Shown one piece after another: positions 20,891 to 30,533 of a DNA stretch of 64,000 nt. A program made the position numbers and the translations under genes. How positions within the stretch are numbered: position 1 is the first letter of the stretch; every line of letters begins with the position of its first letter. The notes below the pieces were generated by a model that made no database searches, was not told where the DNA came from, and was given only the letters and a program-made list of their open reading frames with translations. Origin of the DNA: Candidatus Helarchaeota archaeon (GTDB lineage Archaea; Asgardarchaeota; Lokiarchaeia; Helarchaeales; RDOG01); the NCBI GenBank assembly GCA_019058315.1, contig JAHPZH010000002.1, forward strand, positions 1,133,910 to 1,197,909, read 5' to 3'.

Positions 20891-21601
20891 ATGGTAAATA
20901 CAATCGACTTAATATTATACATACAACAAGTTATTTGGTTTATTTCAGCGGGATATTTAATTTATTTAATGCAAAAAACTAAGTTAACTCATGTTGATGA
21001 ATTCAGACAGAAAGTTGTTCTAGCTATTTACTTTATGCTATTCAATGTAGCTATGAATGGAATTTTTACCGTAATTATTAAAATACCTCAAGAATTTATT
21101 ATGTTGTTATGGGGAATTATGGTTTTAGCTGATGGTCTTTTTATTACTTTAACACTAATCGGAACATCCAAATTAATTGATTATATTTCTTCAATAATTG
21201 ACTTTGAAACAAAAAATAAGAAAAAGAATGCTACTATAATTTCTATAATTATAACAATATTTCTCACTATTATTTATATTATTTTTAAAATGTCCAAACC
21301 TACTACAACGGTAGTAGAATATATTTTATTTTCAGCAGTTAATTTCTTTTTCTGGTTGACTGGTGTATATTTTTTATTCCTAGATCAGGAGCTGAAAAAA
21401 ATTAATATAAATATTTTAAGATATTTTGGAATTGGCATATTTTGTATGGCTTTTCTCCCTATACCTTCAATATTTATGGATGTACAAACTGATATGTCGT
21501 ATTGGATATATACATTCTTTGGTTTAATTGGATTAAATTTGACTTTAATTCTGGGGTATTTGGATTTTAAGAATAAAATTAGCAAGGGATTAGGACAATA
21601 A
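20891..21601 (+). CDS. stand-alone ~7TM membrane protein
   Basis: 236 aa, seven hydrophobic segments, no soluble domain. Confidence 0.75.
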   Translation: MVNTIDLILYIQQVIWFISAGYLIYLMQKTKLTHVDEFRQKVVLAIYFMLFNVAMNGIFTVIIKIPQEFIMLLWGIMVLADGLFITLTLIGTSKLIDYISSIIDFETKNKKKNATIISIIITIFLTIIYIIFKMSKPTTTVVEYILFSAVNFFFWLTGVYFLFLDQELKKININILRYFGIGIFCMAFLPIPSIFMDVQTDMSYWIYTFFGLIGLNLTLILGYLDFKNKISKGLGQ

Positions 21602-21691
21602 ATCTCATCCAGAATTAATAAAAAATGTTCTTTATACCAAAAAATCCAATTTAAATAATATTTTTATAATATTATTTTTTGAAATAATAAA

Positions 21692-22186
21692 TTATTTTGA
21701 ATTTATAAAATTAACAAAATCTACTCCACAATGTACACATATTTTAGCTTTATCTGGATTTTCTTTTTTACAATTTGGACAAATCGGTATTTTATTATAA
21801 TTTGTACGATTTACAATTAACTTAGCCCTTTTCAATAATACAAATTTTCTAACTGTTTTTACACAAACGCGTACCACTTCAATACTAAGTATAATATTGA
21901 TTACTGAGATTAGACTAAAAATTAGATGAGAACGAAAAGCAAGAGAAATAATAAAGATATTACTCGGGATTAAGAATAATATTGTTAATAATCTGAATGT
22001 ATACTTAATTTCAAATCTCATCGAATGTTCTATTACGAAATTTTTGGGGAAATGACTTGATATCATTAGTAAACAGATAAGCACAGTAAAAACTAAGAAA
22101 GCTATCAGAAGTCCTTCATTTACTTTTTTATAATTATAGTTGTCCAGAAATATTATAATAAATAGAACTTCAAGCATTATCCTCAA
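21692..22186 (-). CDS. membrane protein with C-terminal zinc ribbon
   Basis: 3-4 TM then CPNC...CVHCG; start may be ATG 22177. Confidence 0.72.
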   Translation of the reverse strand: MRIMLEVLFIIIFLDNYNYKKVNEGLLIAFLVFTVLICLLMISSHFPKNFVIEHSMRFEIKYTFRLLTILFLIPSNIFIISLAFRSHLIFSLISVINIILSIEVVRVCVKTVRKFVLLKRAKLIVNRTNYNKIPICPNCKKENPDKAKICVHCGVDFVNFINSK

Positions 22187-22265
22187 AACATCTGTAAAAA
22201 TATCTATTTTTAAAAGTTTGTAAATAGGAAATTAAAAAAGAAATTTATAAAAATAAGCTCCTTTT

Positions 22266-23642
22266 TTATTTAAAATTAGGTAAATAGTCTCTTTGAAGCT
22301 CAACCATTTCGTTGAAGATATTTTCAGCCATTTCAAAGCTTCCACAATTGACATCCATTGCAATACAAGCAATTGCAAGATCTTTTGATTCTTTTAATAT
22401 GGCTTCAACACAAACATCTTGGATAGACGCTTCAATTCGTAGTAAAGCCGCTATATTTGCTGGAATCTTTCCTAATTTTACACCATGTAAACCTGTTTTA
22501 TCAACAGTTGCAGAACATTCAATTACTAAATCTTGTGGTAGATTTTCAATTATTCCATCATTTGGTATATTAACAGCAGTTTCATATGAATTTTTATCTT
22601 TTATAATCCCCTCGATTATAGGAATTGCCCGCTCGCCTGAAGGTTCTTTGAAAATTCTACTTTTTTTAGAATAGCTACCCTTTTGAAGCCTTTTATAGTT
22701 CATATCTATATATCTATTTACTCCTTCTCCAGCTGATTGCATCCTGTCTAGCCAATCTAAAATATCCTCAATTTTAACATAATCTTTACTGAATTGTATA
22801 TATTCACATATGTGATTATCTCCCACATATGGAAAATATCCATATCTTTTGTATATTTCAAATGTTAAATCAGCGAATTCAAAGCGATCCCATTTATCTT
22901 TAAAATAATCCATACATTTAGCGTTAAATTCCGGCATCAGGTCTTTCCCAGTTCGGAGATCAGTTAATCCAAGTATGAAAGCAAAGTGATTTAACCCTCC
23001 AGTTGTAATTCTTAGATTTTTTACTGACTGTTTCCATCGTTTGATTTTCTCTTTTGGGCTTAATCCTTCTTCTTGCAGTGATTTGTCAAGCATGCGAGGA
23101 AGATGCTTATGTGCAAATCCAATCTGATGACATAAACCAACAAATTTTAGATCTGGAATTGTTCTTTTAATTGCTAAACAAATACGAGACATGGGGTTGG
23201 AAAAATTTATGAAAAAAGCTTCTGGTGCGTATTTTTTTACGTCTTTTGCGATTTTTAAAACTTCAGGAATTTGACGAGCAGAATGAAAAAACCCACCCGG
23301 TCCACCATTTTCTGCCATAAGCTCAGTCGTACCATATTTTCTTGGGATAGAATTATCTTGCCTTCTAAAGAAAAATCTATCTCCATGTTCAATAGAACTT
23401 ATAACAAAATCTGCATCTTTCACCGCATCTATCCTATCTAATGTTTTTTCGAACTTAAAGCCACGATCATTGATTTTGTTCTCTGCCATAACCAACTCAT
23501 AAATCATGTTTAATCTTTCTTCATTAATATCATGAAGCACAATCGTGGAACCTGGTAAGACTTTACTCAAGAAAATATCTGCTATTGTAGTAGGTCCAAA
23601 AACCGCACTTCCAGCACCAATTAAGACGATCTTCTTATCCAT
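22266..23642 (-). CDS. family 4 glycoside hydrolase (NAD+/Mn2+-dependent alpha-galactosidase/glucosidase)
   Basis: IVLIGAGS, ENGGPGG, INFSNPM, GLCH, GLNHF, AVNIPN.G.I.NLP. Confidence 0.93.
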   Translation of the reverse strand: MDKKIVLIGAGSAVFGPTTIADIFLSKVLPGSTIVLHDINEERLNMIYELVMAENKINDRGFKFEKTLDRIDAVKDADFVISSIEHGDRFFFRRQDNSIPRKYGTTELMAENGGPGGFFHSARQIPEVLKIAKDVKKYAPEAFFINFSNPMSRICLAIKRTIPDLKFVGLCHQIGFAHKHLPRMLDKSLQEEGLSPKEKIKRWKQSVKNLRITTGGLNHFAFILGLTDLRTGKDLMPEFNAKCMDYFKDKWDRFEFADLTFEIYKRYGYFPYVGDNHICEYIQFSKDYVKIEDILDWLDRMQSAGEGVNRYIDMNYKRLQKGSYSKKSRIFKEPSGERAIPIIEGIIKDKNSYETAVNIPNDGIIENLPQDLVIECSATVDKTGLHGVKLGKIPANIAALLRIEASIQDVCVEAILKESKDLAIACIAMDVNCGSFEMAENIFNEMVELQRDYLPNFK

Positions 23643-23912
23643 TTTTCTCACAAATGAAATTAATTTACAGTTAATACATAAGAATATATCGTTAATAATT
23701 AGAAAAGTTAAATTTTAAAAGCTAATAGTAAGAAAAATCAAATATAAGTGAGTTAATAATTTAAATCTATATTATTTTAACTAGGAAAATACCATTTTGA
23801 CTAAAGATGGTAGAAAATTGAATAAAATGATTTATAAACGAAATTAAATGAAATAGTCTATTTATTTTTCCATCATTTTTATAATTTCGAATTAGAAAAA
23901 AAAAAAGAAAAA

Positions 23913-25496
23913 TTATTTTTTCTTCGCTACTATCACTATAATTATTATTGCAACTACTGCAGCACCACCTATGATTAACCACATTTCGATGCTCAGACCT
24001 AAGAAACCTCCACCACTCGGAACCATTGCTGCCATGGCTAGCAACAATAAATTAACCTCCTCTGGCGGTTCTCCAATTATTTTTTGAGCATAAATGTTTA
24101 AAACACCACCAGTTCGATTATCGTGCCATACAATGAGTGCACCATAATTTCCATCGCTACAAATTTGAGGATTTGTTTGATCATTGCTTTGAATGCATAT
24201 CCCAGAACCAGATTGAGTCCACTGTACCGTCCCTCCCGAGCTCACATGCTGGACATAAATATCCTCAACTGAATAATATTCCCAAGTAATAAATGCACCT
24301 CCCTTTCCATCACTGCAAATTTCAGGAAGATATTGCCTACCTGTTGCCGTGCATATCGCAGAACCGTTTGTAGTCCACAGAGTTATTCCACTTGGACTTA
24401 TCCTTTGGGCATAAATATCATATTGTCCACTTACACAACCATATTGATCATACCACGCAATTATAGCACCACCCGATTCGTCGCTACAAATTACAGGGTG
24501 CCATGTATCATTTACTCTTGTGCATATCCCAACACCGCTTGTACCCCAAGGTCTTGCACCAGCAGAATTCAACCTTTGTGCATAGATATCATAATCTACT
24601 GCGGCTTCATACCAAGTAATTATAGCACCTCCAGCTCCATCGCTACATACTTTTGGATTATTACTATCTGATGATGCTATGTAAACAGGTACGCCATTAG
24701 TCGCCCAATCTCCACCTGCAGTAGAATTCAATTTCTGAGCCCAGATTTCACCTGGGGGAGATCTCAAATCTTCCCAAACAACAACCGCACTACCGAGACC
24801 GTTGTTGCAAATATCAAAATCTCTTTGCCATTGAGCTTCATCGCATACTGTTTCCCCTCCAGCAGTCCCATTAACCACACCATCTGAATATATCCTATGA
24901 GCATAGATGTCATAATCATCATTCCAAACAATAAAGGCACCTTCTGAACCGTCAGTACAAATACTCTGGTTATCTTGAGGACCTGAAAGTGTGACTATTG
25001 CAACACCACCAGCACTCCATTGTGGAGCTCCACTCGAACTTAATCTCTGAGCATAGAGATCGATATTACCGCTTCTTCTATCTTGCCAAACAATAATTGC
25101 TCCTCCAGCTCCATCGCTAACAATTTCAGGATATCGTTGATCAAAAGGCAACGTGCATACACCTACACCTTGTAAAGGCCATAGTGCTACACCACTTGAA
25201 CTTATCCTCTGAGCATAAATATCATAAGTTCCAAATCTATCATCAGCCCATGTTATTATTGCACCACCTGCCCCATCGTTGCAAATTCTTGGTTGATCTT
25301 TATCATAGCTTACGTTGCATACAACAGTCCCATTAGTCGTCCATGCAGTTTGAGCTACGGAACTCGAAAGACTAGAAGTTCCGACATCTCCTACCATTAT
25401 TAACTGATTACTTCCAGTTGTGTCAATTGCATTAATTGCAAATATCGAGAAAAACAAAGTTAATATTATTAAAGACAATTTTTTATTCAATTTCAA
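23913..25496 (-). CDS. cell-surface repeat protein (probable beta-propeller) with signal peptide and C-terminal TM anchor
   Basis: about seven ~55-aa repeats P.ICSDGAGGAIITW....DIYAQRI..SG...W...G..(V/I)C; C-terminal TM + KKK. Confidence 0.85.
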   Translation of the reverse strand: MKLNKKLSLIILTLFFSIFAINAIDTTGSNQLIMVGDVGTSSLSSSVAQTAWTTNGTVVCNVSYDKDQPRICNDGAGGAIITWADDRFGTYDIYAQRISSSGVALWPLQGVGVCTLPFDQRYPEIVSDGAGGAIIVWQDRRSGNIDLYAQRLSSSGAPQWSAGGVAIVTLSGPQDNQSICTDGSEGAFIVWNDDYDIYAHRIYSDGVVNGTAGGETVCDEAQWQRDFDICNNGLGSAVVVWEDLRSPPGEIWAQKLNSTAGGDWATNGVPVYIASSDSNNPKVCSDGAGGAIITWYEAAVDYDIYAQRLNSAGARPWGTSGVGICTRVNDTWHPVICSDESGGAIIAWYDQYGCVSGQYDIYAQRISPSGITLWTTNGSAICTATGRQYLPEICSDGKGGAFITWEYYSVEDIYVQHVSSGGTVQWTQSGSGICIQSNDQTNPQICSDGNYGALIVWHDNRTGGVLNIYAQKIIGEPPEEVNLLLLAMAAMVPSGGGFLGLSIEMWLIIGGAAVVAIIIIVIVAKKK

Positions 25497-25654
25497 TTAT
25501 CTCCGATATTCTCTACTTCTAAAATTTTAACTTATTTTTTTAAGTTAATATTTTTTGTTTCAAATTGAATATAAAGATACTTCAAAACAAATTAAATTTT
25601 ATAAAAACAGAAATAAATGAAATATAGAATGTTTCTAAAAATGTGAGATTAATT

Positions 25655-26632
25655 TTATTTTGTTTTTTCTTCTAATTTTCGCTTTTTACAGAATTTCAAA
25701 ACGGTAGGTATCCCTAACGAAAATTTTCTTTTATCTCTTTTTTCTAGAGGGTTATTTTGAAGAAATAAATATTTCAAATTGTATAAATTTTGTAATCCCT
25801 CTAATCTCTTGATCCTATTATATTTTAGGTTCAATATTTCCAATTGAGTAAGTTTTTCCAACCCTTGCAGTTTTTCAATTTTATTATGTTCCAGCAATAA
25901 TTCTTTTAAATTAAATAGATTATCTAATCCCTCAATTTTCGAAATTTCATTCAAATTAAGATAGAGTTTAGTTAGTTCAAAAAGATTATCCAAACCCTCT
26001 ATTTTTTTAATTTTATTACCATAAATATTTAAATCTGATAGATGTAAGAGCTTATTAAGCCCCTCAATTTTAAGTATTTGATTATCATAAAGATTTAATA
26101 ATGTCAATTCGGATAAGTTTTCTAACCCTTCAATCTTAGTTAATTTGTTATTGCTTATATCTAGAATCTCTAATTGGGAAAGGTTTTCTAACCCCTCAAT
26201 CATCTTGAATCGATTAAAACTAAGAAATAATGATCTTAATTTTATTAAACGGTCTAAATCTTTCATTTTAACAATTTTATTATTGTTAAGATTTAAAGTT
26301 TGAAGTTTTTTTAGATTGTCTAACCCTCTAATTGTTCTGATTTGATTACCTTTGCTACCTCCAAGGTCCAATACTTCAAGCTGTTCAAGATTATCTAAAC
26401 ACTCAATTTTAGATATTTTATTATTTTTTAAATTTAATCTCTTTAAAGATGTCAAATTTTCAAGAGCTTCGGGAATTTTTTCAAGATTTTTAGATTCTAA
26501 ATTTAACCTAATTACGTTTCCATCTTCATCAACTGAGAATTTTTCATCTCTTAATTTAATTGTGTTAATTAATTCATTAATTGCTTTTTTTTCAGTTGAA
26601 TTTTCGATTCTTTCAAAATTAAATTTGTACAC
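25655..26632 (-). CDS. leucine-rich repeat protein, SDS22-like 22-aa repeats
   Basis: about 11 repeats L..L.L..N.I.KIEGL.NL; GTG start. Confidence 0.92.
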   Translation of the reverse strand: MYKFNFERIENSTEKKAINELINTIKLRDEKFSVDEDGNVIRLNLESKNLEKIPEALENLTSLKRLNLKNNKISKIECLDNLEQLEVLDLGGSKGNQIRTIRGLDNLKKLQTLNLNNNKIVKMKDLDRLIKLRSLFLSFNRFKMIEGLENLSQLEILDISNNKLTKIEGLENLSELTLLNLYDNQILKIEGLNKLLHLSDLNIYGNKIKKIEGLDNLFELTKLYLNLNEISKIEGLDNLFNLKELLLEHNKIEKLQGLEKLTQLEILNLKYNRIKRLEGLQNLYNLKYLFLQNNPLEKRDKRKFSLGIPTVLKFCKKRKLEEKTK

Positions 26633-26743
26633 TTTCTCACATTATGAATTTTTATTAAAAAATGTTTAACACAATTATTAAAATGATTAATTAATCATCT
26701 AAAAAATAGATTTTACAAGTAAGAATTAAAATGGTGAATAAAA

Positions 26744-27793
26744 CTGGGGCAATCAGAAATCATTAAAGAAACTGACTTATTTGATGCTAAGGGTAATTTA
26801 ATTCAGACAGGTTGGGCAAAACGCCTTTTATTGAATTATAATCCCGAAAAGATGCGTGCAAAGCCCATCAGAATAAAGGAATGGGATTGTTATGTTATTT
26901 TAAATCCGGATTTTGGGTTAAGCTTAATAGTCGCGGATGTTGGGTATTTCGGGATGGGCACTGTAGATTGGAGGGATTTTAAAAAGAATAAAAGTCAAGG
27001 TGATCTTGCTCTTAAATTTGATTCTCCAGGAACAATGAATCTTCCTAGAACAGCAGACACTGGTGATGTTTTTTTTAAAGAGAAAAAAAGATGGATTAAA
27101 TTCGAGCGAAACAAGAATACAATCCCAAATCGTGTATTAACATTTGATTTTCCAAAGTTCAAATATGAAGGGCAAAAAGGGATCTCTGGCGAAATAACGC
27201 TCTACCAAGATCCCAAGCTTGATACGATGGTGAATGTTATACCCTTTAGGAATCCCAAACATTTCGTTTATGTCCAAAAAATCTGCTGTATGCCAGCAAA
27301 TGGGATCGTTCACGTAGGTGGTAAGACTTATGAGTTCCTAGGTGAGAAAAATAATAGTTGGTGTGCTCTGGATTGGAGTAGAGGTGTATTCCCAGTCAAA
27401 ACAGAATGGTGGTGGGCATTTGCATCGGGTATCGTAAACGGGGCCCATTTTGGGATGAACATCGATTATGGATTTGGGAAGAATCCAAGTAGTAAGAATA
27501 TGCTTTTTTATAATGGGAAAGGACATCATTTAGATAAGGTAACCTACACATGGGATGATAAGGATCTAATGAAACCTTGGCAGTTTACTAGTAATGATGG
27601 GCGTGTAGAACTCCAATTAGAACCCATTCATGAGCATAGATTGAAAATGAATGTCATGCTAATGTATCAAGAAGGGACTCATGCATTTGGATATTACACG
27701 GGAGATGTTGTGTTGGATGATGGAACCAAAATTCATATAGACCGCTCTGATAAGCTTTTCGGTTCTGCTGAATACTATGACCATGGCTGGTAA
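26744..27793 (+). CDS. DUF2804 family protein
   Basis: RIKEWD, LDWSRGVFP...EWWWA, N.LFYNGKGHHL, PWQFTSNDGR; upstream in-frame QSEII..TDLFDAKGNLIQTGWAKR from CTG 26744 after GGTGA. Confidence 0.85.
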   Translation: MGQSEIIKETDLFDAKGNLIQTGWAKRLLLNYNPEKMRAKPIRIKEWDCYVILNPDFGLSLIVADVGYFGMGTVDWRDFKKNKSQGDLALKFDSPGTMNLPRTADTGDVFFKEKKRWIKFERNKNTIPNRVLTFDFPKFKYEGQKGISGEITLYQDPKLDTMVNVIPFRNPKHFVYVQKICCMPANGIVHVGGKTYEFLGEKNNSWCALDWSRGVFPVKTEWWWAFASGIVNGAHFGMNIDYGFGKNPSSKNMLFYNGKGHHLDKVTYTWDDKDLMKPWQFTSNDGRVELQLEPIHEHRLKMNVMLMYQEGTHAFGYYTGDVVLDDGTKIHIDRSDKLFGSAEYYDHGW

Positions 27794-27797
27794 TATT

Positions 27798-29360
27798 TTA
27801 TTTTTTAAGCCATTTTCCTGGATTCATTATTCTATTTGGGTCGAATAATTGTTTTATTTTTTCTGTTATTGTTTTTTGAATTGCAAATTCTGGTATTTCT
27901 TTTACTACATCCCAATGATAGGCTTTAAATTCATTATGAGGAGGCCAAGTTTTATTTTGGGATTGTGCTGTTTTTTGTATTTTACCAGCGAATTCTAAAC
28001 ACGCTTTTAATTCTTCTGGAGAATTTTGGTCATAAAAAACGTCTAATTCGTGTAAACCAAAGTGTCCCATATCGACAGGAACTATACAACTACTGAAGAG
28101 ATCTTGAGGATAAATAGGAACATCTTTTAGCATATTTTCCATTAATTTTTCTGATTTCATTGCTTCCTCCATTGGTTCTTGAGGGAAGAAAGCGGGCATA
28201 AATCCTCCTTTAAATCTCAGTATACGTGGAGATACTTTTGCTCTAAAAAATTCAATTCCTAAGCTTTCAGCAGTTCTTTCAGGCAGTAATCCTCCACCTA
28301 TCTGATCCATCCTTTCAGGCTCTAAAATCATGCCTCTAGTTTCTTTAGCAATCTGTCTTACAACCTTTTCACCAAATTCTAGTTGTTTTGGGGAAGTTAT
28401 GCCTTGGATACAAACAAAAACCACATATTTAAGAAATGGCTTGAGATTTTTTCTGTTCTCCCATAATTCTTTCGATTTTTCAAGAGAATCAGTCATTCCT
28501 AAAATAGACCAAGCCATTGGCATATTTGTTGCTATCACAGCAATATCTGCTCTACCAAGTTCTTGTAAAGCTTTAACCATTCTTTTTCCACTGCTGTATG
28601 ATATTACAAAAATTTTAGTATTTTCAGGTAGTTCATCTTGTTTTAATCTTGGTCCACCCACCCAAGGGTGTAATTTCACAGTCATTTCAGTGCAAATTCC
28701 TAATTCTCCAACTGCACCTATTAATAATCCTTTTAAATCGGGTCCAGGACCGTTCCACCAAAAATTTCCTAGATCTTTAATCGTCCTTGAACCAGTTTTT
28801 ATAATTTCGCCTTGTGGAGTAACCCAAGTCATCGAAATAATTGATCTTCTTTCATACCCATACTTTACCATGCACCAACTCATGCCACAATATAACATAT
28901 TTGAAATTATTCCTACTGTTGAAGGTGCTGCAGGTGCTGGAAGCCATAAACCTTTTTTCATTGTTTCCGCTTGCAATTCGGCATAGCTTACATACGGTTG
29001 GATTGTTGCCGACATATTAAGTTCGTCAATTTCAATAACTTGATTTAGACGACGTAAATGCATTAATATTGAACCAGTTTCTGAAGGAACACAGCAACCT
29101 CCGACATTTACTCCTGTATTCTGAATCACAACAGGGATTTTATATTCATTAGAAATTTTCATGATGTGTTGAATATGTTCTGTATTTTCTGGTAAAACCA
29201 CGAATCCGGGCGTAACTCTGTTTAAATTAGCAAAGGGAGATTGATCTCGCGAGTGAACTACAAGAACGGATGGATCATCTGAAATATATTCTTTTCCAAC
29301 AATTTTCTCCAGTTTAGTATAAACTTCAATGTGTTTATCAGATAATTTTTGTTCGGACAT
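27798..29360 (-). CDS. FAD-binding oxidoreductase (VAO/GlcD/Dld family)
   Basis: VVLPENTE, A.IQPYVSY, GPGPDLKGL..G..G.LGICT, KQLFDPNRIMNPGK. Confidence 0.9.
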   Translation of the reverse strand: MSEQKLSDKHIEVYTKLEKIVGKEYISDDPSVLVVHSRDQSPFANLNRVTPGFVVLPENTEHIQHIMKISNEYKIPVVIQNTGVNVGGCCVPSETGSILMHLRRLNQVIEIDELNMSATIQPYVSYAELQAETMKKGLWLPAPAAPSTVGIISNMLYCGMSWCMVKYGYERRSIISMTWVTPQGEIIKTGSRTIKDLGNFWWNGPGPDLKGLLIGAVGELGICTEMTVKLHPWVGGPRLKQDELPENTKIFVISYSSGKRMVKALQELGRADIAVIATNMPMAWSILGMTDSLEKSKELWENRKNLKPFLKYVVFVCIQGITSPKQLEFGEKVVRQIAKETRGMILEPERMDQIGGGLLPERTAESLGIEFFRAKVSPRILRFKGGFMPAFFPQEPMEEAMKSEKLMENMLKDVPIYPQDLFSSCIVPVDMGHFGLHELDVFYDQNSPEELKACLEFAGKIQKTAQSQNKTWPPHNEFKAYHWDVVKEIPEFAIQKTITEKIKQLFDPNRIMNPGKWLKK

Positions 29361-30532
29361 TATTTTGTAACCTCCTCTAAGATTTTAACAAGTGGAATCA
29401 CTTCAATTGGGTCCTTCATTGTCTTAGAAGCTTCGAGGAAATTTGTAATACAAAAAGGACAAGGTGAAGTTAAAACATCAGCACCCACATATTTTGCTTC
29501 TTCCAATCTTTTTGATGCAGTCCAATACGCAAAATCTTTATATGCAGAAGCTACACCCGCTCCTGCTCCACAACACCACGCATTTTCTCTAATTCGTTCC
29601 ATTTCAACTAGTTTTAACCCTGGAATTTGTTTTAAAACTTCGCGAGGGGCATCATATACTTTAGAATGCCGACCTAAATGGCATGGATCATGATAAGTGA
29701 CTGTTTTTGGATAATTTTTCAATTTGACATTATGTTCCTTAAAATATTTTAATAAAAATTCAGTCACATGAAGGACATTAAAATTATATTCTCCAGAATA
29801 TTGAGGATAAGTCTTTTTGAAAGTTTTATAACAACCTGCACAAGAAAAAATTAAATTCTCTATTCCTCTTTCTTTAAAAACTTCCAAATTATGTTTCATT
29901 AATTTTATACCTTCATCGACTTGCCCCGTCATAAATAATGGACTACCACAACACCATTCATTCGGATGGAGAATATTAAAATCGACTCCGATTGCATTCA
30001 AAACATTGACCGTAGCTTTAGCAATTTCAAATCTTCTATATGAGGACGTACATCCCACAAAATAAGCAGTTTTTGCATTTTTATTAAGTTTTATATCTTT
30101 TGGGATCCAATCCAATCGATTTTCATGTGGTTCGTTATAAGGATTATGGAATTGTTCTATGCTTTTAGCAAATTTAGCATGAGCTGGTAAAGGACCTTTT
30201 TCTTTAACAACTTTCGCCCTTAATTTTTGTAATACATCAAGCGGTTTAATAATATTCACATCATCACATTGTGCTTGACATCCTCCACATAAAGGACAAG
30301 CGAATATTATATGCATTAAGCGATCAGAATATGAGATTTCTTTATCTAATAAAGCTCGAGTTATTTCCATTTTACCTGGTGCGAAATAAGCTTCAAACAA
30401 GAATCGAGATCCGCTTGGACATATATCCTTAAATCGTTTGCTCTGCATCTCCCAAGGAGACATATTTCGACACATGGAGCATTTGCAACAATTATATATG
30501 ACTTTATAATAATCTTCCAATTCAGTACTCAT
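29360..30532 (-). CDS. Fe-S oxidoreductase, GlcF/HdrD-like (ferredoxin + two CCG domains)
   Basis: CCKCSMC, CPLCGGCQAQC, FVGC, CCGSP, YHDPCHLGRH, CCGAGAG, CPFC; ATG after GGAGG. Confidence 0.92.
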   Translation of the reverse strand: MSTELEDYYKVIYNCCKCSMCRNMSPWEMQSKRFKDICPSGSRFLFEAYFAPGKMEITRALLDKEISYSDRLMHIIFACPLCGGCQAQCDDVNIIKPLDVLQKLRAKVVKEKGPLPAHAKFAKSIEQFHNPYNEPHENRLDWIPKDIKLNKNAKTAYFVGCTSSYRRFEIAKATVNVLNAIGVDFNILHPNEWCCGSPLFMTGQVDEGIKLMKHNLEVFKERGIENLIFSCAGCYKTFKKTYPQYSGEYNFNVLHVTEFLLKYFKEHNVKLKNYPKTVTYHDPCHLGRHSKVYDAPREVLKQIPGLKLVEMERIRENAWCCGAGAGVASAYKDFAYWTASKRLEEAKYVGADVLTSPCPFCITNFLEASKTMKDPIEVIPLVKILEEVTK

Positions 30533-30533
30533 T

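Noticed and set aside
23913-26632. Periodic DNA similarity that could suggest a CRISPR or tandem array
   Set aside because: Degenerate, codon-phased repeats explained by propeller and LRR protein repeats; no identical repeat-spacer structure.
28330-28986. 218-aa + strand ORF and other antisense ORFs (e.g. 8502-9068, 1033-1351, 35036-35464, 60995-61435)
   Set aside because: They lie wholly opposite well-supported genes and have no motifs; shadow ORFs.
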